A stretch of DNA of 64,000 nt from Camelus dromedarius. Taxonomy: Eukaryota. Location of the stretch: positions 102,054,001 to 102,118,000 of the forward strand of contig NC_087472.1 in assembly GCF_036321535.1 (NCBI RefSeq). The letters are read 5' to 3'. The position numbers and the translations under genes are program-made. The notes under the pieces were generated by a model. The model searched no databases. It saw nothing but the letters and a program-made list of their open reading frames with translations, and was not told the DNA's origin. Positions 24,930 to 37,649 of the stretch are shown here, piece after piece. Each line of letters starts with the position of its first letter. Position 1 is the first letter of the stretch.

Positions 24930-26750
24930 GGTAAAGATGGAACTGAACATACATATCATACTCATTTCCTACCAGAACTCCACTAAAACAATAAATCAAT
25001 TTGGAGGATCATAGATACACAAGGACAGGGAAAACAAAAGGGAAGAGGTGATAGCAATAAAATCTGTAAGCTGGAAGGAAAACTGATGAATAGTAAACAA
25101 TTTAGCAAATCCAAGAAAAATAAATGTGGCGATTCTACCACTTGCTGAGTACATCTCATGGAACTAGGGAAATAACCACAGGGTGAATCTGGGGATAAAA
25201 TGGACCCACTGTGAGATGGGCATGAGCTACAACTCCACTGATCACCTGACACCATAAGTTCCTACTCTAACTAGTGGATCCCAGTGATGTTTTGGGTCTC
25301 CTGGTATTAGTGTCAGTTCAGAGCCCATGTCCAATAGTTCTCCCCCAAATCTGATGACTTCCCTTTCCCCAGTGCACAGTCACACTGGTAAATGAGCACA
25401 AGGCCCTCTGGGAAAGGCTGACAGAAAGATTAACAATATAAAAATTTGGCTACATAGTGAGGTCCTTCCTTAAGGTGACCTAGATGTCCCTTTATTGAAG
25501 GGTTCTGTATCTGTAAACTGACTTAGTCTGGGAATTGACTGAGAGGCCACGAATAGAGCTCTGTTTGATGATTCTTCAGATTTCTGTTCACTAGACCTAG
25601 AATTTTTTCACTTACACAGATCAAGTAAAGAACACTAAATTGCAAGCTAAGCGTGAGGATGAAACAAGAACCAATCTGATGTTACATAGAAGAATTCTGA
25701 AAGACTCAAACTGGCAGCACCAGATTATCTATGAAAGTGTGAATGAGAGAGGGGAAGAAGACTGACTTAAATAAATGTTGGCTGAAAGTCAGCTTCAGAA
25801 GAAATTAGATCCTCAGCTCCTTCTTGCCACCAGGGCAGAACACTGAAGATTCATTCTTTGAAAAGGGCCTCTGGATTAGCAATACATAGACAGTTAAGGG
25901 CAAGGAAGTCAACTGGAAATAGGGGGATTAAATGAATATCTTGAATGCTGAGAACCACAGCCCTTTCCTCCACTGAACCAGGTTTTCCCCTCCACGTAGG
26001 AGACCAAAAGAGTCTCCTCTCTGAGGACTCCAACCAGACCAAGAGGAAAGAGCCAATTATACTGTCTTTGGGGGCTCACCAACTCTACAGCCCAGCCAAA
26101 CTGAGGGACAATGAAGCTCAAAGTTGACAAGCCCCACTTGCTATGAACTTCTAATTGGCATTTTCATCCACCTCCTAAATACAAGTGAAGAAGGACCATC
26201 AGATATTGAAGGAAAGCAACCAATGAGAAATACATACAATAATATTAAAAATCAAGTTTCTTCAGGAAGAAGAGAAACTACCATTAAGAAGATATTACAC
26301 CAATGAAATAAGAAGGATATCATCAAAAAGAAACAGAGAACAAAAAAAGTGAACTCTTGGTTATTAAACAATAGGAGATTTAGAATTTAAAAATAAGTCT
26401 TCAGAAATAAACAAAAAGAAAGAAGAGAAAGAAGGACGAGAAAAGAAAGAAAACAGAAAAGAAAATTAGAAAACCAAGCTAAGAGGTCCAATGCCTGAAA
26501 AACATCAGGAAGGGAGAACAGGGAAAATTGGGAGGGTGGAGGTGGGCAGGACGGATCAACAAAAATCAAGAAAACTCCCAGAACGGTAGAATATGGGTTT
26601 CCAAACAAAAGGGGCCTACCAAGTACAGAGACCAATGAATGACAGTGACCTACACCCAAGCAAAGGAAGGGTGAGGGGGAACAAATGTAAATGTAAAACA
26701 AAAACAAGGTCACATACAAAGACTCATAAAACAGAATGAAGTCTGGCATT
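24930..26750 (+). mobile_element. Ancient L1M/HAL1-like 5' and ORF1 fragments (host of the ERV-L fragment)
   Basis: aagatgg start motif and decayed ORF1-like A-rich sequence (aagaggtccaa, gacctacacccaag, aggtcacatacaaag). Confidence 0.5.
25122..25638 (-). mobile_element. ERV-L internal fragment (gag end plus protease), no LTRs
   Basis: Minus-strand translation VTVHWGKG...LLDMGSELTLIPGDPKHHWDPLVRVGTY...HPVVIS matches the HERV-L/MERVL protease region. Confidence 0.85.
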
Positions 26751-26761
26751 TTAGAAAATAA

Positions 26762-28432
26762 TTTTATTTTTTATTATCATATGGTAAAATTGATTATTTA
26801 TTCTTTTAGTGTACAGTTCTACAAATGTTAACAAATGTATAGATTTATGTAACTACCAGCACAAGGAGGGTACATAACAGTTACAACAACCAAAAAGCTC
26901 CCTGGTACTACTCACTGATATACAAACCCTCACCTCATGCATAACCCTTGACAACCACTGGTCTGTTTCCCAGCACTATAGTTATGCCTTTTCCAGAATG
27001 TCAAATAAAAGGAACCACGTAGTACGTAACCTTTTGACACAAGCTTGTCTCACTCAGCATAATGCCTTTGAGTTTCATTCAAGTTGTTTTGGGTATCATT
27101 CCCTTTTACTGCTGAGTAAACTATTTCATTGTACTCAGTTTATTCATTCATCCTTTGAAGGACTTGGGTTGTTCCCAGGTTTGGGCTATCACATAAAATG
27201 GCTATAAACATTTGTGTACAGGTTTTTGAGTGAACATAAGTTTTCCTTTCACTAAGGTAGATACCCAGGAGTGGGACTGCTGGGTCACATGGTAGGTGAA
27301 TATGTAACTTCATAAGAAACTGCCAAATGATTTTTCAGAGTTGGGTACCAATTTTCATTCTCACCACAAATTCATGAGAGTTCCAGGTGCCAGCACAGTC
27401 AGAATTTTCTGTTTTAGCCATTCTAATACATGTGAGTGGTAGGTGATCATGGCTTCAATTTGCATTTGCCTAATGGCTAAAGATGCCTAATATCTTCTCA
27501 TGTTTATTTGTCGTCCTTATGTCCTCTTTGGTGAAGTGTCTGTTCAAGTCCTTTGCCTATTTTTAAGTTGAGTTGTTTTGAGTTTTGAGAATTCTTATCA
27601 CTGAGTTTTGAGAGTCCTTTATATAATCTAGACACAAGTCCTTTGTCAAATAGCTGGGTTGCAAATATTTTCTCCCGGTCTGTAACTCATCTCTTGATTC
27701 TCTTGACAATGTTTGCAGCAGAGTAAAAGTTTTGAATTTTGATAAAGTCTGATTATTTTTTTTTTCTGTTACAGATTGTGGTTTTGGCATCATTTCTGAC
27801 GCCAGGTCACAAAGAGTCTCTCCTGTTTTCTTCTACAAGTTTTATGGCTTTATGTTTTACTTTTGCATCTATGACCCATTTCAAGTTACTCTTTGTATCA
27901 GGAGTGAAGTTTCTGATCAAGGTTCATTTTTTCACATATGGATAACCAATTGTTAAAAAACAATTTGTTGAAAAGACCATCCTTTCCTCAATCAATTGAT
28001 TTTGCACCTTTGTCAAAGATCAAATGGCTATATTCATGTAGACTATTCTAGTTCCTTGGACTTCACATATAAATTATAGGATTAGCAGGTCTATATCTAC
28101 AAAAACTCTTGCTGGGATTTTGATTGGTTGCAATGAATCTATAAATAACTTTGGAGAAAAATAACATCACTACTATGTTGAGTCTTCCAATCCACAAACA
28201 GCATATGTCTTTCCCTCTGTTTAGGTCTCCTTAGATTTCTTTTAGCAGCACTCTGTAGTTTTCAGTATACAAATCCTGTGTTTTTGGATGAATTTATATT
28301 TCAGTATTTCATCAGGGGGAGAGGGCAAGCTACTGTGAATGGTGTTTCTTCTCAAATTTCCGTTCCTTGCTAGTATATAGGAATATGATTGCTTTCTGTG
28401 TGACCTTGTATTCTGTGACCTTCATAAACTCA
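26762..28432 (-). mobile_element. 5'-truncated L1 (L1MC-like), sense to REPS2
   Basis: Reverse-strand L1 3' UTR and ORF2; TSD tttagaaaataa at 26750-26761 and 28433-28444. Confidence 0.85.
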
Positions 28433-28879
28433 TTTAGAAAATAAAAAGTTTAAAAGTAATTCAATTTGCAATAAGGTCACTGAAAAAATTAGGAATAAAT
28501 TTAACAAAAGACACATAATGCTTACATACTCAGAATTGTTGAGAGGAATTTTTAAAAATCTAAACAACTAGAGAGAGAATCTTGAAAAATTTATACTACC
28601 TGATTTCAAGATTTACTATAAAGCAACAGAAATCAAGACTGTGTGGTACCAGTATAAAGATCAACAGATAGGTCAATAGAATAGAATAAGAGCCCATAAA
28701 TAAATCCACATTTATATAGTCATTAGATTTTTGACAAAGACACCAGAGTAATCCAAGGAGGAAAAGAAATTCTTTTCAACAAATGGTGCTAGATTAATGA
28801 GATACCAATATGGGGAAAAAAAGAACTTTGACCCTAATCTCACAGTATACATAAAACCCAATTCAAGATGCATTATAGA
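28433..28879 (+). mobile_element. Old L1 ORF2 fragment, continuing at 33670-35050 (ORF2 end plus L1MC-like 3' UTR)
   Basis: ORF2 motifs (ctacctgatttcaaga..tactataaagc, ttcaacaaatggtgct). The sequence resumes after the nested L1. Confidence 0.75.
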
Positions 28880-28943
28880 TATTGGTGCAGCCACTACAAA
28901 AATACTATAGAAGTTCATTAAAAAATTAAAACTAGAATTACCT

Positions 28944-31900
28944 GGAGTGATGTCAGCATCATGGCTGAATAAGACAACCCTCATCCTTGTGCCCTGCCAA
29001 CAACAACAATCTGGGATCCATCCACAGACAAAATGCCTTGTGGGAGCTATGGGATCCAGCAGAATACACCAACGGACCCAGGAGGAGTCTCGTCCAGCCA
29101 AGCATCAGAAAAGAGGCACAGAGACCTCAGTTCTAGCTCTGGACCCAGCAGTGGCCTGTGAATCAGCTCTAACCCATCTCAGGCGCAGTCTGGGAGCACC
29201 TGGAAAACACTGTCTTAGTTTCAAGCATAGAAGTTTCATTACAACCCTGACGAAAAACAGTATGAGTCTGGATGCACTGGAGAGGGTAAGAGGAACTTTT
29301 TGACTTTACTCACGTTACCCTCACCCTTTCTTGGCCTGTGATTTCTCCCATGTTGGTAGGAAGAGTGAGTAAGTGAGCACCCGCTTTCCCCAGCTGTGTG
29401 GGAGACTGCCAAAGAGGCTCATTCCTCTCTCACCCCATCTAGACTACTAAATTGTGAACTACATGACAGGGGGATGGGAAGAGGCTGAGAGAGTGGCAGA
29501 TCGGACTCTCAAAGGGCATTAAAGGAACATGGATCCTACTAAATGTGTCATGAGACTCCATCTAGAAACCCACTTAGAAGCCTCTGGGGATACTTCAACT
29601 GGCCATGGAGAACTCCCAGCACTCCATGGGCCTTACACACACCACCACCCAATGGCCAGCTTCCTGTTCACATTCTTAACGGCAGTGGCAAGAGTAAGTG
29701 GGCACAAGCAGAAAGCCTTACTGGCCAAAATCTGTGGGCCAGGAAAGTCCACAAATTTGAGCTGTAGTGCCACCTTCGGGAAAACAAAAGGGAGGCTGTC
29801 GGCACTTGGCATGGTGTTTTGCAGGATAGAAATAAGGCATACAAGCTTAAGAATTCTGCCGCAAGAAGGAGCAAGAAATGTTGAGCAGGTGTATCCATAG
29901 AGAATCTGAGAAAGTCTCAGAATCTCTAATAGGGGTGATGAAGGTATTTCTCTTCTGAAGGTAGCTAGTAAAGTCTAGAGGAGATGACTGCTACTTCAAA
30001 TGTGAAGACAGGAATGCAAATCTTCAAGGAAACATGACACCACCAAAGAATCACCATAATCTTCCAGTAACCAATCCCAAACACATGGAGATCTATGATT
30101 TACCCAATAAAGAAATTAAAATGGCTATTTTAAGGAAACTCAATGTGCTACAAGGAAACACAGAAAGACAAATCAACTAAACCAGGAAAACTACATTACA
30201 TGAATAAAATTAGAAGTTTAGCAAAGAGACAGAAATCATTAAAAAAAAAAACAGACAGACATTCTGGAGCTGAAGAATACAATGAATGAAATTAAAAATA
30301 TAGCAGAGAACATCAACATCAGAATGAATAAAGCAGAAGAAAGAATCTGAGATAGAAGACAAGGATTTTGAAATTACCCTGTCAGAGGAGAACAAAGAAA
30401 AAAGAGTTTAAAAAAAATGAAGAAAGGCTACATGATGTAAGCGATACCATCGAAAGAAATAATTTGTGAATTATTAGCGTCCCAGAGGTTGAAGAGAGAG
30501 AGAAGAGGGCAGAAAGCTTTTTCAAAAAAAGTAAAGGTTGAGAACTTCCCAAATCTGGGGAGAGAGAGATGGATATCTGAATTCATTAAGTTCACAGGTC
30601 AAACAAACTCAACTTAAAGAGAGCCCCTTCAAGACTCATTATAATAAACCTGTCAAAAATCAAAGCCAAAGAGAAAATCTTAAAAGCAGAAAGAGAAAAG
30701 CTTGTAACTTAAAAGGGACCTCTCATAAGGCTATGAGTGGATTTCTCAGCAGGTATCTTGTAAACCAGGAGAGAGTGTGATGATAATCCAAAATGCTAAA
30801 AGAAAAAAAAAACTGCCAACCAAGAATACTCTATTCAGCAAAGTTACCCTTCAGAAATGAAAGAGAGATAGACTTTCCCAGACAAGCAAAAGCTGAAGGA
30901 GTTCATTACTACTAGACCCTCCTTACAAGAAATGTAGAAAAAAGGAGGTTTTCAAGCTGAAATGAAAGAATACTAATTAGTAACATGAAAACATACAGTA
31001 TACTGGGGTAAAGGTAAGTATACCTTTGAGAATTCAGAATACTCTAATACTGTAATATGATGGTGTGACAACCACTTAAATCTAGTATGAAAGTTAAAGG
31101 ACAAGAGTATTAAAAATAACTATAGCTACAATAACTTGTTAATTATTCACTCAATTCATTGAGTAAAGGAAGTAAATCATAACATCAAAAACAAAAGAGG
31201 GAGTAGAGTTTTTATATGCAATTGAAATTAAGTCACTATCAGCATAAAATAGACTGTTATATCTACAAGATGTTTTATGTAATCCTAACAATAACCATGA
31301 AGCAAAAACAAAACCTGTAGTAGCTTCACAAAAGATAAAGAGAAGACAATCAAAGCATACTATTATGGAAAATCAATTCACAAAGGCAGGCAGTAAGAGA
31401 GGAAGAAAAGAACAGGGAACTACAAAACAACCAGAAAACAGTAACGTGGTGTTAGTAAATCCTTACCTATCAATATTTACTTTAAATGTAAATGAATTAA
31501 ATTCTCCAATCCAAAGGCAGAGAGCTGCTGGATGGATTAAAAAAAGAAAAAGACTCAACTATACGCTGCCTACAAGAGACTGAGATTCACTTCAGTTTTA
31601 CAGTTACATGTAGGAAAGAGTGAAGGGATGAAAAAGATATTCCATGCAAGCAGATACTGAAAGAGAACAGGCGTAGCTATTCTTTAATCAGACAAAACAA
31701 ACTGTAAGCTAAAAATTATAACAAAAGACAAACAATGTCATTATGTAATGTTAAAGGGGTTAATTCATAAAGAAAATATAACAATCATAAACATATATGC
31801 CCCCAACATTGGAGCACCTAAATACATTAAGCAAATACTCAAAGACCTGACGGGAGAGATGGACAACAATATAATAACAGTAGGGGACTTTAATACCTCA

Positions 31901-33669
31901 CTTTCAACAATGGGTGTATCATCCAGACAGAAAGTCAATAAGGAAATGTTGGACTCAAACTATACTTTAGACCAAATGGACCTAAGAGACATATCAAACA
32001 TTCCATCCAACAGCAGCAAAATATATATACATATTCTCAACTGCACGTGGAATACTCTGCAGGATATATCATATGACAGGTTACAAAACAAGTCTTAACA
32101 GATTTAAGGATATCAAAATCATACCAAGTATATTTTCTAACCACAAAGTTATGAAACTAGAAATCAGTTAACAGGAGGAAAGCTGGAAAATTCACAAATA
32201 TGTGGCAATTAAACAAAACACTCCTGAACAATCAGTGGGTCAAAGAAGAAATGAAAAGGGAAATCAAAAAAAGTCTTGAAACAAACAAAAATGGAAACAC
32301 AACATTCTAAAACAAATGGCCAACAGCTACATGAAAAGATGCTCAATATCACTTATCATCAGAGAAATGCAAATCAAAACTACAAGGAGATATCACCTCA
32401 CACCTGTTAGAATGGTTATTATCAAAAAGGTAAGAGATACGTGTTGGCAAGAATGTGGAGAAAGGGGAACCCTTATGCACTGTTGGTTGGAATGTAGACT
32501 GACGCAGCCACTATGGAAAACAATATGGAGATTTCTAAAAATTAAAAAAAGAACTATCATATGATTCAGCAATCCCACTTCTGGGTATCCAAAGGAAATA
32601 ACATCAGAATGTCAAAGGAATTGACACGCCCATGTTCACTGCAGCATTATTTACAACAGCCAAGATATGGAAATAACCTAAGTATCTGCCTACAGATAAA
32701 TGGATAAAGAAGATGTGGTACATACATGTAACAGAATATTATTCAGTCATAAGAAAGAAGAAAATTCTGCCTTTGGCGACATGGATGGACCTTGTGGGCA
32801 CTATGCTAAGTGAAATGTCAGACAGAGAAAAGCAAATACCACATGATAGCATTTCTATGTGCAATCTAAAAAAGTCAAATTCATAGAAATAGAGTAGAAT
32901 GGTGGTTGTCAGGGGCTAGGGAATGCAGGAAATGGGAAGATGCTGAGCAAGAGTACAAACTTCCAGTCATAAGATGAATTAATTCTGGAAATCTAATGTA
33001 CAGCATGGTGACTATAGTTAACAATACTGTACTACAGATTTAAAAGTTGCTAAGAAAGTAAATCTTAAATGTTCTTAAAAGAAATGAAACTTTCCCATTT
33101 GCAACAACATGGATGGATTTGGAGGGCATTATGCAAAGTGAAATAAGTCAGACAGGAGAAGACAAATACTGTATGTTATCATTACACGTGGAATTAAAAA
33201 AAAATACAACAAACAAGTGAATATAACCAAAAAAAGCAGATTCACAGATATAGAGAGCAAACTAAAGGTTACCAGTGGGGAGGGGAAAGGGGGAAGAGAT
33301 ACTACAGGGGTAAGGGAATATGAGGTACAAACTATCAGGTATAAAATAAGCTACGAGGATATATTGTATAACACAGGGAATATAGCCAGGATTTTATAGT
33401 AACTATAAGTGGAGTATATAACCTTTAAAAATTGTGAATCACTATACTGTACACCTGTAACTTACATAACATTGTACAGCAACTACATTTCAATAAAAAA
33501 AGAATGAGAATGAGAGGAAATTTTTAGAGGTGATGAGTAGTTTTATGGCATAAATTGTTGTGATGGTTTCATGGATGTACAATTATCTCCAAACTCATCA
33601 TGTTGCATACATTAAATATGCACAGGTTTACTGAGGCATCTACAATCATATTTCAATAAACATTTTTTA
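28944..33669 (+). mobile_element. Decayed near-full-length L1 (L1MA/L1M3-like): 5' UTR, ORF1, endonuclease, RT deleted, 3' UTR carrying a second L1 3' end (~33077-33500)
   Basis: 5' ggagtgatgtcagcatcatggc; ORF1 remnants at ~30000-30990; endonuclease peptide NIYAPNIGAPKYIKQILKDL..GDFNTSLS; C-terminal [16 protein letters not shown]; degenerate TSD at 28865-28879 and 33670-33684. Confidence 0.85.
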
Positions 33670-35050
33670 AAAATGTATCATAGACCTAAATGTACAAGTT
33701 TTAACAATAAAGCCTTTAGAAGAAAACACAGGAGAATAGGAGATGTAGGCAAAGTTTCCTTATATAGGAAGAAAGTAATAACCATAAGAGGAAAAATGAT
33801 AAATCAGACTTTATCAAAATTAAAAACTTCTGTTCATGAAAAGACACAAGTAAGAAAATTAGTAGGCAAAACAAAGAATGGAAGAAAGCATTCATTTCAA
33901 CAAATGACTGGTAACCAAGATAATATATAAAGCATCTACCTACAACTCCACAAAAAAGACTAAAAATGATTTTTAAACAGCCAAATATTTGGTAAAGACA
34001 TTTCATAAAATAAAGTATGTGAAAAGCAAACAATCACATAGAAAAGTGCTCAAAATAATTAAGCATCAAGGAGATGCAAAATAAAAACTACAAGACCACA
34101 GGACCAGCTAAAAAAACAGTAACACCCAGTGTTGGCAAGGATGTGGAACTACTGGAACTCTCACACAGTAGTGGCGGGAGCACTAAATGCTACAATCACT
34201 TTGGGAAAAACTCTAGCAGTTTCTAATAAAACTAATCACACACTCACCACATTACTGACTAATCCTAATCTGAGGAATTTACCCAAGAGAAATGAGAACA
34301 AATTTCCACACAAAGACTTACACAAGAATGCAGTTTTACTCAAAACAGCCAAAAACTAGAAACATCTTAGGTGTCTATTAATAGGAGAATCAATAACTAA
34401 ATGGAGGCAATATTCACTCATGGCATACTACTCAGAAATAAAAAGGAATGGATTACTGAGACACGCAACGATGTAAATGAGTCTCAAAAACATAGTACTA
34501 AGTGAAAGAAGCTTTACACAAAAGTGCATGTTAAAGGACACCATTTACCTAAAGTTATAGAATAGGCAACGGTATAGCATAAACAGTTTAGAATAGTGGT
34601 GACCTCTATGTGAGTAGGGCAGAAATTAACTGGGAAGGAGCATGAGAGAGCATCCTGGATGTTCTATATCTTGAATGGGATTTGGGTATATGCATTTGTT
34701 AAAAACTCAGCAAATATACACTTAAGATTTCTGCATTCATTGTATATAACAAATTCATTGTGATAAAAAAAACCCTCTAAAATATCGAACTCTAGTCAAC
34801 GGTATGCATGCTAAAATATTTAAGGGATGCATAGAGATGTCTGCAACTTATTGAAAACATGTTAAAAATAAGATGGACTGAGGGCCAGAGAAGAGGGATA
34901 GACAAACAGCTAGATATGTGGTAAGACAAGTACAGCAAAATGTGAAATGGGAGAACTGGAGTGGTGGCTATGAAAGCATTTACTGTATGGTTCTTTCAAC
35001 TTTCTTGTATGCTTAAAAATGTCCATAACAAAATGTCAGGGCAAAGGGGG
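33670..35050 (+). mobile_element. Old L1 ORF2 end plus 3' UTR (L1MC-like)
   Basis: L1 C-terminal and 3' UTR motifs; continues the 28433-28879 fragment. Confidence 0.75.
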
Positions 35051-35466
35051 GAGTAATAAAAGAGAAAATAAAGAAGGAAGAGACAGCAGAGAATGCTAGA
35101 GGGGAGTCACCAGTGAAGTAGAAGGACAAGGGAAGTGTGATATCCCAAAAGCCAGTTAGAAAAGACATTTCAAAGGAGAAATGGTCAATGGTGTAGATTT
35201 TTATGAAAATTCAAACAGTATTAAAACAGGCCCATTGGATTTTGGCTGTAAGAGGCATGTGAGTAGAGGCAAGTGAAACCACAGTGAGATGGGGGGAGAG
35301 AAAACTGCTGGTGAGACAGTAAGTGAAATCAACTCTTGAGAAACCTGGCTGTGAAAGAGACCAGAGAGATTGGGCAGTAGCTGAAGGAGGATGTGCGTTC
35401 AAGATAATGGACAACACAGAGCGTGTTTACGTGTGGATGGGAACGATCTAGTAGAGAATCAGGGGG

Positions 35467-35947
35467 TGTCGTGAGTGGAATTGTGTCCTCTGAAAAGATA
35501 TGTTCAAGTCCTAACCCCCAGGACCTGTAAATGCCACCTTATATGGAAATAGAGTCTTTGCAGATATAATCTAGTTGAAATGGGATTATGCTGGATTATG
35601 GTGGGCCCTAACCCCAATGATTGGCATCCTTATAAGAAGGGGGCACCATAAGAAGAAGAATTTGGACAAAGACACAGAGAGACACAGAGAAAATGCCATG
35701 CAACAGCAGAGGTAGAAACTGGAGTAATGCAGCTACGAGCCAAGGAATGCCAAGGATTGGCAGCAACCACCAGAAACCGGGAAGAGGAAAGGAAGAACAT
35801 CCCTAGAGCCTTCAAAGAGACAACATGGCTCTGCTGACACCTTAATTCAGACTTCTAGCCTCCAGAGCTATGCGAGAATAAACTGCTGTTATTTTAAGCC
35901 AACAAGTTTGTAGTACTTTGTTATGGCAGCCCTAGGAAATGAATACA
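35467..35947 (+). mobile_element. Solo MaLR LTR (MLT1C-like)
   Basis: TG...CA ends; aagatatgttcaagtcctaacccc, aataaa, gttatggcagccctaggaaatgaataca; 5-bp flanks ggggg/gggga. Confidence 0.88.
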
Positions 35948-36448
35948 GGGGAGATTAATGGTAAAGACAAACAGGAGAGAAGGACAGAGGTGATGTCTTT
36001 GAGAAGATGATACAGAACCATTTCCAAGGTACCAGGGGAGGGGTTAGCCTTTGATAGTATCCGGACCAATCTCTTCCACTGAAATAAGTAAAGCATCATT
36101 CACGAAGGATCCAAACAAATTAAGGGCTTACGCGGAAGCTTTGGACAATACAGAATGCTTCAAAGAGTCTTTATAATAGATTCTCCTTCTCTTTAACTGG
36201 CACACAATACTTAGTCTACATATTAAAGCTACTAGTCTTCCTCTAAGCATACAAGAACCAACCCATGAAAGTTAAGTACACCAACTCTCTGCCTTCCAAA
36301 AGGAGATTAACAACAAAGAGGCAAGTATTACCAACAGGAATAGGACCAGATGCTCAGCCATTGTTTGTCAAAAAAAAAAAAAAAAAAGAAAAAGAAAAAA
36401 AACAGCCAGATGAAAATCCTGGTAATCCAAATCCAGGAGGCTCCTTAC

Positions 36449-36554
36449 CTTGAGCTGCTGTTGGAGTTCACTGTTCAAGCGGGCCAGCACTGCATTTGCC
36501 TCTTTATTTTTGCGGATAGCAGTTTGAATAGCCTTCTTCTGTTTAGAAGACTGT
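36449..36554 (-). CDS. REPS2: REPS2 penultimate coding exon, 106 nt, phase 2-0 ([35 protein letters not shown]), C-terminal coiled coil / RALBP1-binding region
   Basis: Acceptor tttttgtag, donor AAG|gtaagg. The peptide lies within ORF 36368..36631 and matches the REPS1/REPS2 C-terminal coiled-coil signature. Confidence 0.95.
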
Positions 36555-37649
36555 CTACAAAAAACGTACAAACAGTTCAGTAAAATAGAACTTAGAGGTC
36601 TGGACTCCTGTGGGTCAGAACTCTGATTCATGAGAAGCGCTAAACTAACTAGGGGCTAACATCACAGGGCTCCAAAAATAAAATCATATAGTCACACGGG
36701 CAGGCAGGCAGGCAGGCAAGCATACACCAAATGAAACAAATTTGTCGGGATGAATTAATTACACCTGAAATAATTCCCATTTTATAACTTGAAGAAAAGC
36801 TGTGAGTTGGGAACTTTCAAACACTTTTTTCATTCCATTTATTCAAAGACATTTTAATAAGTATTTCTTCCTGACAAACCATATTAACTGGAATGCCCTT
36901 TTTGTGCAATATCAGTGGCATTTAAAAGACCCACAGGTAGCCCCTGTGGACAAGTTTGAAGGAAACGAAGAACATTCTCTTTAGCAAAAATCCTACATTA
37001 ACTTAGCTAGTCTACATACCTCTCTTTTATTTCTTTATTAGGCATGAATGCCTGAGAGAGAGAGAGAGAGTATGTGTGTGTCTGTGTGTGGGTGTGAGCG
37101 AGTGAGTGAGCGCACATGTGCATGTGCATACACCAACATACATCTGTGGCACTTGGGAAAAACAGAGAGATGTCTTAATATCAGTATTCCCAAATTAAGT
37201 CAATAGTAAATTCACAGAACAGGTATAACTACGGTGATCGTATGTCCCCCTTTCCCATTACACTTTCTGCTTACACCACTTGTCTGGCCCTAATTATTGT
37301 TAGCACACTCTTTCCCATCAAAATTGTCAATGTGGTTGTATAACCTACAACCTTATATCCCACAGCAAGAAATAATGAATTCTCAGAGCAAAAGGGCAAT
37401 CTAAGTTCCCCAAGAAAAACAAACATATTTGTAATCACTGGGAGATGGGTTCTAGGCCAGAGCAACTGGACAAGAATGCATTATGACCATTGCAGTGATC
37501 TAATGTTTACTGAGAATATACACGATGCTAGCCACTCTGCTAATCTTTAGAAGGCATACTCCCTCCCCAACAAGTTTAAAGACTAATTTTTTATCCATAA
37601 ATACGCAGGGAAGAGGCTTCAAAATCTATTTTTAAAAAGATATAGATCA

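Noticed and set aside
36551..36556. Alternative acceptor AG 4 nt inside the 106-nt exon
   Set aside because: It is not a NAGNAG site. Use would frameshift, and only the upstream AG keeps phase with the preceding exon.
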